A stretch of 64,000 nucleotides of DNA, from the NCBI RefSeq assembly GCF_006345805.1, contig NC_043000.1, forward strand, positions 67,022,001 through 67,086,000, written 5' to 3'. The notes under the pieces were generated by a model, which was not told the DNA's origin, made no database searches, and saw only the letters and a program-made list of their open reading frames with translations. A program made the translations under genes and the position numbers. Of this stretch, positions 25,993-38,058 are shown one piece after another. This DNA comes from Octopus sinensis (Eukaryota). The first letter of the stretch is position 1, and each line of letters starts with the position of its first letter.

Positions 25993-27445
25993 TCTTACTA
26001 TAATGAGCCTTATGTCCATGTCTGTCTGTTCCCTTTTCATGGTCAAACAGTTGGACTAATGGTCACAATGCTTTTTGGGATTACGAAGAAGGTAATCTGG
26101 AAGGTATTTTATATGAAAAAAATGTGAAAAAGTATGATTATTTAGTGGATATTGAGTTTTGTATTAATAAATCACCTTTGATTTATATTTTTTTTTTGTT
26201 AAAATTCCAGTGACTAGGATTAACTCTGAATCTGCTCCCCATATAGTTTGTAGATTTAGACGGTTTAGATTTCTGATACTATCCTTTTATTTCCCATCGT
26301 AGTTGGGCAGATTTACTATCTTACTATAATGGGCATTACGTTCATCTGTCTGTCTCTTTGTTCCCTCTTCATGGCCAAACAGCTGGGCCAATGGTTACAA
26401 TATTTTTGGGGATTACAAAGATAGTTGTTAGGAAAGTTTTTGGTATGAAAAAATCAGAAAGTATGATTATTTTATGGATATTAATTTTTGAATTGATAAA
26501 CCACCTTCACATTTTTATTAAAAATTCACCGACCAGTAACTTGGGATTTACATTGTATAGTTCATGGCCCCCATCGTAGATATGAAAGGGGTTGCAAGGA
26601 CAGTTAATAGCAAAATAAAATGGCAAAAGTGCGTGTGATTTTTTTGTGGTTATTGGTGTGTGTCAGTTTCAAGCAGGGTTTGAGGTGGCTGTTGTTTACA
26701 TCTCAGTTTTGTCAATCAAAATAACCCATGGTACCAGAACATCCAGACATTATTCGCATAGAACAGTGAGAGGTAAGTCTTAGTTTGCTTTTTTGGAACT
26801 CTAAAGATTCCTCTCACGCATTCACAGCAAACAAGACTCAGAGCCAGACTTTAGATCATGTAGGTGTATTTTTACCCACTCTGATGTTTACACATGACCA
26901 GTTACACGTTGCTATGAGTAGAGCAAGGAACTCCAGTAATTTGAAAATTAGTGTCTATCAAACAGAAAATATCATCCACAAAGAAGTTTTGTAATCATAT
27001 TGATATTATTGAAAGGAATACAAATCCTTATTTAAATAAGGAAATTTGTGAAATTTGAATGTATAAGAGTATAAACAAGTGTAAAATAGTGTAAACAACT
27101 AAAATAAAAGTACATCCAAATAACGTCTTTTTTCTTAATACTTTTTATGTAGTGGTTGAAGGAAGCTCTGGCTTTCATTAGGAGTGGTCCACATAACCAT
27201 TCATGATACAGAGGCTGGGAGACTATTTGAGTTCAGGAGTAAATCGTCATCACATGTCGTCACTTAGTTGCAAACCCATGTCATATAGCTGCAATAGAAT
27301 GCTGTATCACCAACAATAATGTGATTTCTCTAAGACATCACCCAGTAATCTATCAAGTCCATTTACACATTTCTCAATACATACTGCTGTTATGACTTAC
27401 CACCCTCAATTTTATGCTTCCATCGTAGATGGGTAAATTTGCTAA
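25993..27445 (+). mobile_element. Helitron-derived tandem pair with a RepHel helicase C-terminal remnant
   Basis: Two related units begin TCTTACTATAAT (25993, preceded by A; and 26319). ORF 26785-26994 (ANKTQSQTLDHVGVFLP..FTHDQLHVAMSRAR...ENIIHKEVL*) matches Pif1-like motifs V/VI and the Helitron C-terminus. Terminal hairpin ccatc-gta-gatgg (27420-27432) is followed by CTAA (CTRR) at 27442-27445 and then T. Confidence 0.75.
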
Positions 27446-27860
27446 TAATTATAATATACTTTATGCACACATCTGCATGCAAAACATTCACAATGTTAAC
27501 ATAGAAGTATCGAGAAATAAATAAAAAACATCTTTATGAACAATGTATCAGAAAGCAGATTCAGTTACAAATAATTATTTCTTGATGTGTTTATATTCTA
27601 AGTGTAAACAAACTTTCTTGCTGCTAAGAATTTAATCTGATGGGTGAAAGGGGTAAAGCTGTTTTACTGTAATTGCTAACATATCCCTCTGGGTTACACA
27701 AGGTGTGTGGGTTCAGTGCCAAGGGCAGCTTTCCACCTTTTAGAATTATATTACAAGTAAATTTGTGTGAAAAATCACTTATTTTTGTAAAAAAAAATGT
27801 TTATAATATAGAAATTTTGGAAAGATTTTTCTCAAAAATATTTTTTTTTTCTTATTTCAG

Positions 27861-27997
27861 GGTTGTTGGAACTCAGCACTATATATTCTTATCAGCACTA
27901 TTCATTGGACTGTTATCATTTTGTGTACACCACTTTTATTATATGGCATATGTGAAATTTGATTATACCTACAATGTGTATATTTGTTCTTGTATTG
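27861..27997 (+). CDS. PGAP3: PGAP3 coding exon 5 (137 nt, phase 2 to phase 1)
   Basis: ttttcttatttcag|G; encodes VVGTQHYIFLSALFIGLLSFCVHHFYYMAYVKFDYTYNVYICSCI(G), with the conserved FDYxYN. Donor G|gtgagt. Confidence 0.93.
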
Positions 27998-28253
27998 GTG
28001 AGTTGTTTTTGTCACTGTTTTTATTCACTTAGGATCTATAAATTCTTTAGCTCACTGTAAGTTTAGATAAATCTGAGATTAATGGAAATATTAGTATTTG
28101 AGGTTTATGAAATTTCATGTTCCCTCTCTTGGAGTTCTTTCATTTTTATGGAGTGATTTTGTTTGGATCCTCCAAGGTTTAAATTTACTATCATTCTCTC
28201 CCTCCCCTGTGACTCCTAGTTGATATCTATCACTCTTAATAATATCCATTTCT

Positions 28254-28475
28254 ATGGTGGAGAGTTGGCAAAATCGTTAGCATGCTGGGTATACTGCTTA
28301 GCAGCATTTTGTCCATCTTTATGTTCTGTGTTCAAAATCCACTGAGATTGACTTTACCTTTCATCCTTTCGGGGTTGATGAAATAAGTGCCAGTTAAGCA
28401 CTAGGGTTGATTTAATTGACTTACTCCTTCTTCTGAAATGCTGGCCTTGTTCCAAAATTTGAAACCGATATTATT
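28254..28475 (+). mobile_element. SINE family D copy
   Basis: ggtggagagttggcaaaatcgttagcatgctggg...gactttacctttcatcctttcggggttgatgaaataagtgccag...ggccttgttccaaaatttgaaacc. Confidence 0.75.
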
Positions 28476-28899
28476 CATCTCTGTTTTTTATCCATCACGT
28501 TTTCTCTTACTGCAACACATGTTTATTACTGTCGCATCATGTATGTGGCTTATCATGTTTTTTATTCAACCTCCTACAACCAACATGTAACTGTCACTGT
28601 CGCTTCCATTACACCCCTCCCCGTCCTTTCTAAAATCTGTCTTTTCCACCACACTCATACTCATGCTCTCTTCTTTTTCGCACTCCAGGTCAGTTCTCCC
28701 CCCCTCTTTACACTGTTGCTCTTGTTTGCCTTTAAAAGAATGGAGATAAAGAGTAGTGAGTACTCTTCAGTCTTGGAGGAAATGAGGCAACCTCTCTAGT
28801 GTTAATAAAATGATAAAATGCAGCCTATACACTAAAATGACAGGCCATCAAATAGAGACCACGTACAGTAGAGAGAACTCATTTGTATGTGTCAAGGAC

Positions 28900-29137
28900 A
28901 TGGTAGCCTCTCTAGCACTGGTGTCACAATAGAACATATTGGGTATGTTCATTCTAAAAAGTGGCTCGTGTTAAGGCATCCAGCTATTGAAACCATGTTA
29001 ATACTGGAACTTAAGTGTGGGACATGGTTCTCCAGCCCATGTAGGAGGATAATAACTCCAAATAAGATCTCAGTCAGGCCATGACAATGTGTTCAAACCA
29101 TGCTAGCATGGAAAATGAACATGATAAGGATGATGAA
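28900..29137 (+). mobile_element. Decayed RTE-type 3' tail fragment
   Basis: aaggcatccagctattgaaaccatg...aaaccatgctagcatggaaaatgaacatgataaggatgatga resembles the tails at 31390-31530 and 39000-39146. Confidence 0.55.
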
Positions 29138-29195
29138 CTTAATTTCTGTTTAATTATATATATGTTTTTTGTTAATTTTTTTGTTTTTATTATAG

Positions 29196-29400
29196 GGTTC
29201 CTTCAGTCTATGTTCTGGGGTGTTTGGTGCTATATTAAAAGAAGAGAACAATACTATGTCTGGAAATGTGTAGTTGTGTTGTGTTTAACTAATGTGCTTT
29301 TGTGTCTTGAGCTCGGCGATTTCCCTCCATTACTGTGGATTGTAGATGCTCATGCTTTATGGCACTTAGGAACAGTCCCACTTTGTATACTTTGGTACAG
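29196..29400 (+). CDS. PGAP3: PGAP3 coding exon 6 (205 nt, phase 1 to phase 2)
   Basis: tttttattatag|GG; encodes FLQSMFWGVWCYIKRREQYYVWKCVVVLCLTNVLLCLELGDFPPLLWIVDAHALWHLGTVPLCILWY, containing LELxDFPP and the CREST HxxxH motif (HALWH). Donor AG|gtaagt at 29401. Confidence 0.95.
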
Positions 29401-29539
29401 GTAAGTCATCATTTCTCATATAGATTATTTTAGTCAGTAGTACTTTCTCAACTTCCAGCAAATTTTTCTGATATAAAGCTATTAACACCTACAAGGCATT
29501 GTAGTCATCCTTAGTTTTAATTGCTTGTTTCATGCTTTT

Positions 29540-29860
29540 GCTTGATGGGGCTCGATTTATCCCAGGTTAGTGGTCCCAGAGATGTCATTATGCTTAGAGC
29601 CAACCTGTCCACCAGTGTTCTCCATTGCTGGCAGTCCCATGCCAGCTCCTCTGCATCTTCCTAGGTGACATCAAGCATCTGGGGATCTTCCCAGCCATTT
29701 GGTGCTGGGCCTGCCACAAGGCCTCTACCAGCCTGTAGCCATTGCGTCAAATGAGACTAAAGCTCTGGTAGGAGGATCTAGCTGGAGACAGAAGACATGT
29801 TTATACCAGTGCAGTTCTTTGTTGGAAATGGGATCTATAGACTTGCTGCACATAAAACAT
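29540..29860 (-). mobile_element. RTE-type LINE C-terminal relic
   Basis: Minus-strand translation GHVF..DPPTRALV...GW*RPCGRPSTKW resembles the RTE C-terminal GH...RxRGRPxxxW pattern. Confidence 0.55.
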
Positions 29861-30249
29861 TAATACATGTTTTTTGTTTATATGACATTCTATGAAGCTA
29901 CAATGTCTAATACTATCCATATTTACCTTCAGGACTTTATAATTTATGTAACAAAGCAACATTGCTTAGCATAACTCTTGTAGTTAACTACAGTACTCGT
30001 AACTTTAAGTGAGTATATGTCATGTTAAAGTGAGATTAGTGATTTCAAAGTGAGGACTTCTTACTTCATAGTGAGATATATTACTTCAAAGTTAGTCCAT
30101 GTCACTCTGACAAAACTTAAAACTTACTTAATTTAATAAACCAAAAATGCATAGTGTATTTACACATAGAAATGATCGGGTAAGCTGTTATGATATTATA
30201 AGCAAAACAAAAGAAGAAATCTGCTCTTTTCAGCCACTCTCTCATCATA

Positions 30250-31532
30250 CAGTAATTTTCACTGTATATGCATGAATAGATATTTACAAAGTCTCAGTAA
30301 GTAGGAAGGCAGACAAATCACAAATCCTTCAGGTAGATGGTCCTGCTCGATCTGTAGAAAAATCATAAGTAGAAACTGCATAAGATGCACCCGGTGTAAG
30401 CTTTGGACACATAAAGGGTGCAGCAATATCAGAGGAAGGTTAACAGGGAAAATAGCTTTTGTATGTGGAAGATGTACAGGTACAATAAATGCTGAAAATG
30501 TGCAGAAAATAGACTCCATCAATTGCCTGTTGGGCAAGCTAGATGTAGTGGATAACTTCCATTATCTAGGGGATCAAGTTAGTAGTGGAGGTGGATGCTC
30601 CGAGAGCATAGCTGTTAGAATAAGATTAGGCTGGGCAAATTTCAGAGAGCTCCTCCCTCTGCTGGTAACAAATGGCCTCTCTCTGAGTGAAAGATAGATT
30701 GTATGATGCCTGTGTGTGAACAGCCATGCTACATGACAGTAAAACATCAGTTGTGACAGCTGAAGACTTGTGTAGGCTTGAAAGAAATGAAGCCAGTATG
30801 CTTTGCTGGATGTGTAATGTCAGTGTGCATGTTCGACAGAGTGTAAACATCTTGAGAGAAAAGTTGGGCATAAGAGACATCAGATGTAGTGTGCAAGAGA
30901 GGTGTCAGTGCTGGTATGGTCATGTGATGCATATGGACGAGGACAGTTGTGTAAATAAGTGCTGATCTCTAACTGTGGAGATCTTTGAACTTTGAGCTTC
31001 ACAGAGACAACGACTTGTGACCAAGACCTTTCGCGATATGCTGTGCTTGAGAAGACCTGTCAAGCCAAGTGAAATTGTAGTCATGACTGATGTTGGTGTC
31101 ACGTAACTGACACCCATGCCAGCAGCACATAAAGAGTACTGCCTGAGCATTGGGCTTCATGGAGGCAAAATGGCTATGTTCTTTCAAGTGCCGGGCCTCA
31201 TAGAGGCAAAGTGGTGAGTTCCTTTTGAGTTTTGGGCTTCACAGAGGTAATGACGGAGATCTTTGGCATTATGTCATGCTTGAGAAGACCCATCAAGCCA
31301 AGCAAAATCACAGTTGTGGCAGATACCAGTGTCATGCAAATGGCACCCGTGCCGGTGGCATGTAAATGCATCCATTACATTCTCAGAGTGGTTGGTATTA
31401 AGAAGGGCATCCAGCCATGGAAAACCATGCCAAATCAGACTGGAGTCTGGTGCAGCCTTCCAGCCTACCAGCCCTGGTCAAACCATCCAACCCATGCCAG
31501 CATGAATAACGGATGTTAAATGATGATTATGA
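30250..31532 (+). mobile_element. RTE-clade LINE 3' portion with reiterated 3' UTR and (TGA)n tail
   Basis: Encodes FHYLGDQVSSGGGCSESIAVRIRLGWANFRELLPLL and RLERNEASMLCWMCNVS...WYGHVMHMDEDSCV. Ends ccaacccatgccagcatg...ttaaatgatgattatgat. Confidence 0.85.
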
Positions 31533-33363
31533 TACCTGATTGTTTAAGAGTTAAACTGCTTATTGTCTAAATTATTTTTGTAAAATTATATCAAGGAAGA
31601 GCTATTTAATCATTTATAAAACACACCAAAGCTGTTATATTCACTTTATATTTCATGTAATGTCAGCATTTTTATTGTAATGCCTGGGCAAGGAGTATTG
31701 AATGAATGTAAAACAAATCTGCCAGTGTCCCATGTCGAAGACAACTCATAGATTGTTATAATCAGGGATCAGACTACAAGAATCTTGCTCTTGGCTTTAC
31801 TTTGAAGACTGCAAATGGAATAGTCGTAGTTAAGTGGGTAGCTTTACTGTAGATGCATGTGAAGATTAATGGTGAGATGCCATCATATTTGTTTATTGCA
31901 TAAAATAAAAGTCCATTAATCACCTTGATGTTATGAGATTGATGAATGTAGCTTTAACTGTCACACTACCAGCATCCTTTGTCAGTCCTTAAAGGGCCAG
32001 CTTGTAGTTAAAACTGTTTATGAACAAACAAGTAAAAACCTCTATATTAATGCTGTTGTATCAAGCACCAAGAATTTCATAATTATGTGTATAAGGTTGC
32101 CATTTAACTGCATATTTAAGGCCAGGAATACTTTTGCATATTTGATAGTGCTTCTTTTCACAATGAGATCAAAGTCTTCATTCAGTATCTTTGCAACTGT
32201 GGTTTGAAATATTTGCTATTGTATTTGCCTCTCGTTACTCTCATAGGGGAATGTGTCTCAAATATAAAACTGGCACTAAAAGCTGAACTGACCCTACCAT
32301 ACATTCATGTAGAAATAGTGAACAATCCTGCTGGTGTTATAAAGTCACACACGGAGATAAAATTGTCAGATAATTAGCATTGGATGGTATTGCTGTATTT
32401 ACTCCTGAAAAAACTAGAAAGTATTTTAATCATTTGATGAGCTTTTTCCCTGTTGCTTGGTTGATGAAAACTCATAATGAATCAAGCAAGTTCACATACA
32501 AGTGACAGTAAAAAGGATTTATAATGTTTTGATGCCATATTTTCTATTAAGTAAATCTTTTTGTCTCAATCTCACTTTGAAATCATTATTCAGCAATTTC
32601 AAATTGCTTTCTCACTTTGAAGTAGCTAAGTCTCATTCTGAAATCATTAATCTCTCTATGAATTGATAAAGTGTGTGTACATATGTGTATGTTCTCAGAT
32701 TCTGAATTGCATTATGAGAGCTTTGAAGGCAGGGAGAAAATTATTAGTATGCTCTTATGATTGGGACAATTTCTCAGCTTTTCCTTTAACTTTCTTTTTT
32801 ATATAATCGAACATAATGCAATATGGATTGTCTTTAGATTTTCAAATATAAATAAGTATTTATTTTTCTGGATCTGGGTCTCTTGACAAAGTTAGTAACA
32901 ACAAACTAATAAACTTCCCAGGAAAAAATTTGCCTCACCATTTTACAAAATACTGAAACCATGACCCTGTGAACATATGTGATGCATAAAAAATATTGTT
33001 GGTTGCTTTACTAGAGATTTATTATCTGTGGTTTCATATTCTGCTACCAAGTTCTTGTTTTAACTGCATTCTGATTTACTTAGATGTTAGAAATATGAAA
33101 CTGGAACCTGATTTTAGTATAGCTTACACTCTGACCACATAAACACCTATTTTTCAACTGAAAAAATTTGGTATGAAGAAATTACACTACTTTATGAGTG
33201 AAATTTTCTGTATCTTAAGAAATAAACTCAGTTTATGTAGTCAGAAGTTGAATCTACATACCTAACTTCAAACTGTATTAAATTTATAAAATATTATGTA
33301 TAACTTATATATTTGTTATTATATTTTATATAATTCTGATTATAATGCACTTTTATTTTTCAG

Positions 33364-33448
33364 TTTTCTTATTGATGACACCTTATATCTTCTAAAAAAG
33401 ACAAAGCTACAAGGCATTATAATACCAAACCCCATGGAAACGTCATAA
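33364..33448 (+). CDS. PGAP3: PGAP3 coding exon 7 (terminal, 85 nt including stop)
   Basis: ttttatttttcag|T completes AG+T (Ser); encodes SFLIDDTLYLLKKTKLQGIIIPNPMETS*, matching the recalled human SFLEDDSLYLLK. The seven exon lengths sum to 990 nt, so the frame closes at TAA 33446-33448. Confidence 0.9.
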
Positions 33449-33662
33449 TTTTGTTTGCACATATGCATACAGACAAACTTATATGTATGTATATACGCTC
33501 ACACAGAAACATTTACATATATTCAGTATGTACATATAATTAAATCATATATCTATGAATAATATATATGTATTGTATATAAAAAAAAAATTTGAATGTG
33601 TGTGTGAGAGTGCATGTGTATATAAACACATACATATGTGTTTGTGTATGTATATTTTTATA

Positions 33663-33702
<40 letters not shown>

Positions 33703-35899
33703 CATATACACATCATAAGTTAATGGCTAAGATTTTTTATATAAAAAATATTAAACCGTATACTCATGTAAACACTAATCTTGTGTTTTCAGAAAAGAAT
33801 GATCCACTGATGTAACTGCATGTGACATGCTTGCTAAGCAAGCACTTTACTTACAATACTGCACTGTGTTTGCATTTTCTTCTTACTCAAAACTTTATTG
33901 CTTTTAAGAGACCTTTTCAATCACTATAAGCATCACACAGTTTGCCAACCCCTTCATATTAAGATGTTAGTTATTTCTGTTAATGTACAAACATAGCAAG
34001 GTATCACACAGACATGCAATGTTTTTCATGATAATATGTACAAATTCTAAATTAAGAAATAAGATTTTCAATATAAACAATATTTATATTATATCCATGC
34101 AGTTTCAATTCCATCAGCAGGAGCATTGTTCTCTTTAGATTTTAATATATATGTCCCTGGATGAAGTCCATTGCAGTTTCCTTGTAGTAGAATACCTCTA
34201 GGAAAGGCAGGAACTACTATTTATTCTTCTTTTGCATGTTACCCTTCATGTAAAGTAGGAGAATGTAGGAGGTAATATCATAAATTGCATACCTAAATAG
34301 ACAATCTACTTCTACAACTGGTTTTCTCAAATCTTTATCCTTGTTAATAGACTTTTTATATTTACAATACTTTGTTTCCTCGTAGTTTTCATTTAAACTT
34401 GCAAATCGTACATATGTATGTATGCACAATGTATGTATGTGTGTATGTATATACATATACATGTGTTTTTATGCACATGCATATATATACATGCACACAT
34501 ATATATTTATATGTATGTATATATTGAAAGGCCTAGTTGTTAGGGTGTCGAGCCCATAACTGTAAGGTGTTGTGTTTGATTCACAGATCTGGATGTATGT
34601 TGTATCTTTGATGGAGGCTTTTCGTTTCACTTTATTCCAGTCCAGAGTTGAGTGCTTTTGCAACATCTTACAGCTTCCTTGGAGTCATTAAATGTATGCA
34701 TGTATTTATACATACATGTATCTAGATGCATGTATGTATATATATATGTGTGTGTGTGTGTGCATGTGTGTGTACATGAGTGTATGTATATATGTGTGTG
34801 TGTGTGTATGTATGTAAATGTACATGTTGGTATATATATATGCATGTATGTGTACATACTTGCCTGTTACACTTTTCTGCTCTTCCTTCTCTCAAGATAC
34901 TACTCTTCATGTTTCTTGTGCTTCTTCTTTCAAATTGAATGTTCAACTAGTGAAGCACTTTTTTTGCAGTTCCTGGTTTGTTTAATTCATTGCTTTTACT
35001 TTGAGGCTGAAAGATATGCTGTCTGTCTGTTTGCCTGCATGTCTGTCTATGTTCTATAATTTTTTCTATCTACCTATGTTTCTATCCTTTCCTCTATTTC
35101 TTTCTCTCTTCCTTTCTTTTGTTATTTGCATCTATCTATCTTTTTATCAAATATTCTTTTTATCTATTCTTCCATCTTTGTATCTATCTGTCCATTTAAT
35201 GGCTATACTCTATCTTTTTTATCTGTCCCTCTCTTCCTTTCTCCCCTTCCCTCTTCGATTTGACGTCTCTGTGGCAGCCATTTCTATCTTACACTTTTTC
35301 TCTTTACCTGCTTGTTACTCTTTTCTTCTCTCTCCTCCCAGACGACCTTCCGCTTCCTGTTTTTCATCTTATTCATCCTTTTTTGGAACATTCTGATCAA
35401 TTGGTCAGTCACTAATTTATGTCATGGTATGTTTCAGGACACTATCTTTCTTTATAACTGTTACTTCATGCGACTTGTCTCAATTTTGCTATGAAGCTGA
35501 AAGATATTCTTTGTATATATGTTGTTTCAGTTTGTATTTCTTTTTGTTCTCTTCACAACTAGTCTTATTTACTGTTCTGTCCACAAACCTTATTACTTTA
35601 TCTTTCACTGTCCTTGTTGAACATTTTTCTATCCTTGTTCATCTATCATATCAGCTGTCAACTGACACCACAAAATTGAGCAATATTGTTGGAAGCTGTT
35701 AAAATTGTGATGATATTTGGTCAACATTTGATAGGGCATAGACCATGTTTGTGTTTCATCATGTTTTTTGTTTTTTCTGTAAATTTCTTTGTCATTCATC
35801 TGAATTACCTTTTCACTATATACATACATATAGATATTTCAGTTTAAAAGGCTACCAGCTAATTTGGCAGCTTGCCTCTCACATCCCACCTAATCTGTG

Positions 35900-36965
35900 A
35901 TATTTTGCTTTGGCCCTCATTTAAGATGGTGTTAGAAATTGAGAATGCATTAGAAGACAATAAACATAGGGTATTGACTCACTGCCCCATAATTGTTATC
36001 TAAAAATAAAGTACAATAAAATATTTCCACTCTGTTTCTCATGCAGAAAGTGTTTACTAAAAATGGCGGGTGTGTGGGGAAAATGTCTCTTTTCTAATGC
36101 AGTCTGAAATATTTCTTCATATACTGTTAGAAGTTTCTGAGTGATTTGGTCTCACTATCTGAAGCATAAATCATGTCAGTTTATAAAGTGAATGCATCAA
36201 CCCATCCATTTCACACATTGAATTTTTCATATCCGACTTCTTAGCAGTCAGCAGAGCATAAAGGTGAATAGTTGCATGTATAACAATAGTGTTACCGGAA
36301 AAAATGTTCTAAAATCCATTCTTTCAGTTTGATTTGCATATCATTATATAAAGCCAAAACAGATTTTCCAGTCTCCCTCCATTTTGTTCTGCCACACTAA
36401 ACTCTCATTGCTGTAGAGTTTGAGTTTTGTTTGACATACTCATTCACTTTCAACTTGAATTTTACATCATAGGAGTTCTGCTTTCTCTTCTGCAATACAA
36501 TGTTTGGATTGATGTACTGTTTATAAACTGATGAAGAACAACGATTATATTTTTATTGACTAATGATTTAAAAAAAAACATGTATAGACTGATTGTTATC
36601 TTTTTATTGCACATCAACTGCCAAACTTTATTTTAGGTTAACCTGTCGGCCAAATTTAAGTTCAGCCACGCATCCACTTAATGATGCATGGCTACATTAG
36701 CCAATTGTTGGAAAGGTTTTGGGTAGAAGAATAGGGCTTCAATAAAATGCAACAGAATAAGCAGAACAACCAAAAATGAGTGTAATATTGCATCTAAACT
36801 GCTGTATTTAATGCTAAATTAATCTATTAGCCAATCATAATTATAGCTATATATTTCTCAGAACATGGATATGTCAGCCAATCATCAGAATTTTTTTTTC
36901 TGATGCTGCTAATATGTCCAGAATTTGAATTACTTATTTGCATCTTGTGTTACCCCAAAAAGTAG
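35900..36965 (-). mobile_element. Decayed pogo/Tc2-like transposon (Brinker-type DBD and CENP-B-like HTH remnants)
   Basis: Minus strand about 36490-36400 reads KRKQNSYDVKFKLKVNEYVKQNSNSTAMRV, like the pogo N-terminus RxSYxxxFKLKV. About 36200-36110 reads GWV...HDLCFR..QITQKL. Ends are approximate. Confidence 0.6.
36005..36020 (+). promoter_or_regulatory. Candidate PGAP3 polyadenylation signals (two AATAAA)
   Basis: AATAAA at 36005-36010 and 36015-36020, the first tandem canonical hexamers I noticed after the stop. They lie in AT-rich and possibly transposon-derived sequence, so support is weak. Confidence 0.2.
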
Positions 36966-37043
36966 TAACATTGCTCAGATTATTGGTTAATAAAATGCTC
37001 AAAACTGAAAACTAACATAGAAACAATAAAGACAATTAAAAGA

Positions 37044-37868
37044 TTAATTTATTTCTAAAGTTTTTCTGAGATTTAACTGTTTCTAATTCTAGTCCGTAAC
37101 TGAATGTGTAGATAAGGCTTCAACAACCATTTTTTGGCTAGTGGGCTGTAAGAAACATGTTTTATTTATTAGGTGGGTTGCACTACTAAAAAATTCTAGG
37201 TAATTTTTTTGTTTGATGTGCCATTCAAAATTTTCCACAGATTGGAATTTTGGCTTATGAGTAGTGCAGTCAATGAAAAACCTAATATCAGAAGAAGCAA
37301 ATGAATCATCTCTGTCATTTTTGTATAGCTCTGTTTGAAAGTACTGTTTCCAGCATAAACAATTACCATGACCACTGTTATTTCACCAAGAACACTTTAA
37401 ATTCTAAGCTGGTCTATTTGCTTTATTAACTGACATGAGTTTTGCAAAATCTCTTGAAAAAGATTATATCTGACTGGCAGACCATGCTTACAAGACAGCC
37501 CTTTATTTTATTCACTTATCAGATGAGAACTTCTCCATCAAACTGGTGGAAAAATTCCCCTCTTATATGTGGAGATAGATGTATATGTTTATGTATAAGG
37601 ATCTATGATGATGTTGATGAGTTTAATTTATTCTTAAAGTTTTCCTGAGATTTAACTGTTTCTAATTCTAGTCCGTAACTGAATGTGTAGATAAGGCTTC
37701 TACAACCATTTTTTGGGGAAGTGGGCTGTAAGAAACATGATTTATTTATTAGGTGGGCTGCACTACTAAAATAATTAAAGGTAATTTTTTTGGCTAGGTG
37801 TGCCATTCAGAAAGTTCCACAGATCGGAATTTGGCTTATGAATAGTGCAGTCAATGAAAAACCATAAT
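37044..37868 (+). repeat. Dispersed direct repeat pair of about 245 bp (37044-37286 and 37623-37868)
   Basis: Both copies contain ctgagatttaactgtttctaattctagtccgtaactgaatgtgtagataaggcttc...gtgggctgtaagaaacatg...tagtgcagtcaatgaaaaacc. Confidence 0.9.
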
Positions 37869-37869
37869 G

Positions 37870-38058
37870 CAGCATGGGTGCTTTTATGTGGGACCACATA
37901 GGCACTTTTACGTGGTGCCGCCATGAGTGCTTTAGACCACCAGAAGGATCGGTCTTAACACTTCTGCTGTGGAGTGTGGGTCTTCTAGAGTACAGCCAGG
38001 CGCCAGGTATCTCTGTCCTTTGACATCTCACCTGAAAGGTTCAGCTTCCTGAGGTCAT
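37870..38058 (-). mobile_element. RTE extreme C-terminus fragment
   Basis: Minus strand reads DLRKLNLSGEMSKDRDTWRLAVL*KTH, similar to the 31.0 kb RTE end (DL.TL...DQDL.RYAVLEKT). Confidence 0.6.

Noticed and set aside
31690-32800. Possible decayed transposase on the minus strand in PGAP3 intron 6
   Set aside because: The sequence looks formerly coding, but I found no motif I could assign with confidence.
33410-33425. RNA editing creating an earlier PGAP3 stop
   Set aside because: A-to-I editing cannot create stop codons, and C-to-U at CAA would give KKTKL*, which is not a dilysine motif.
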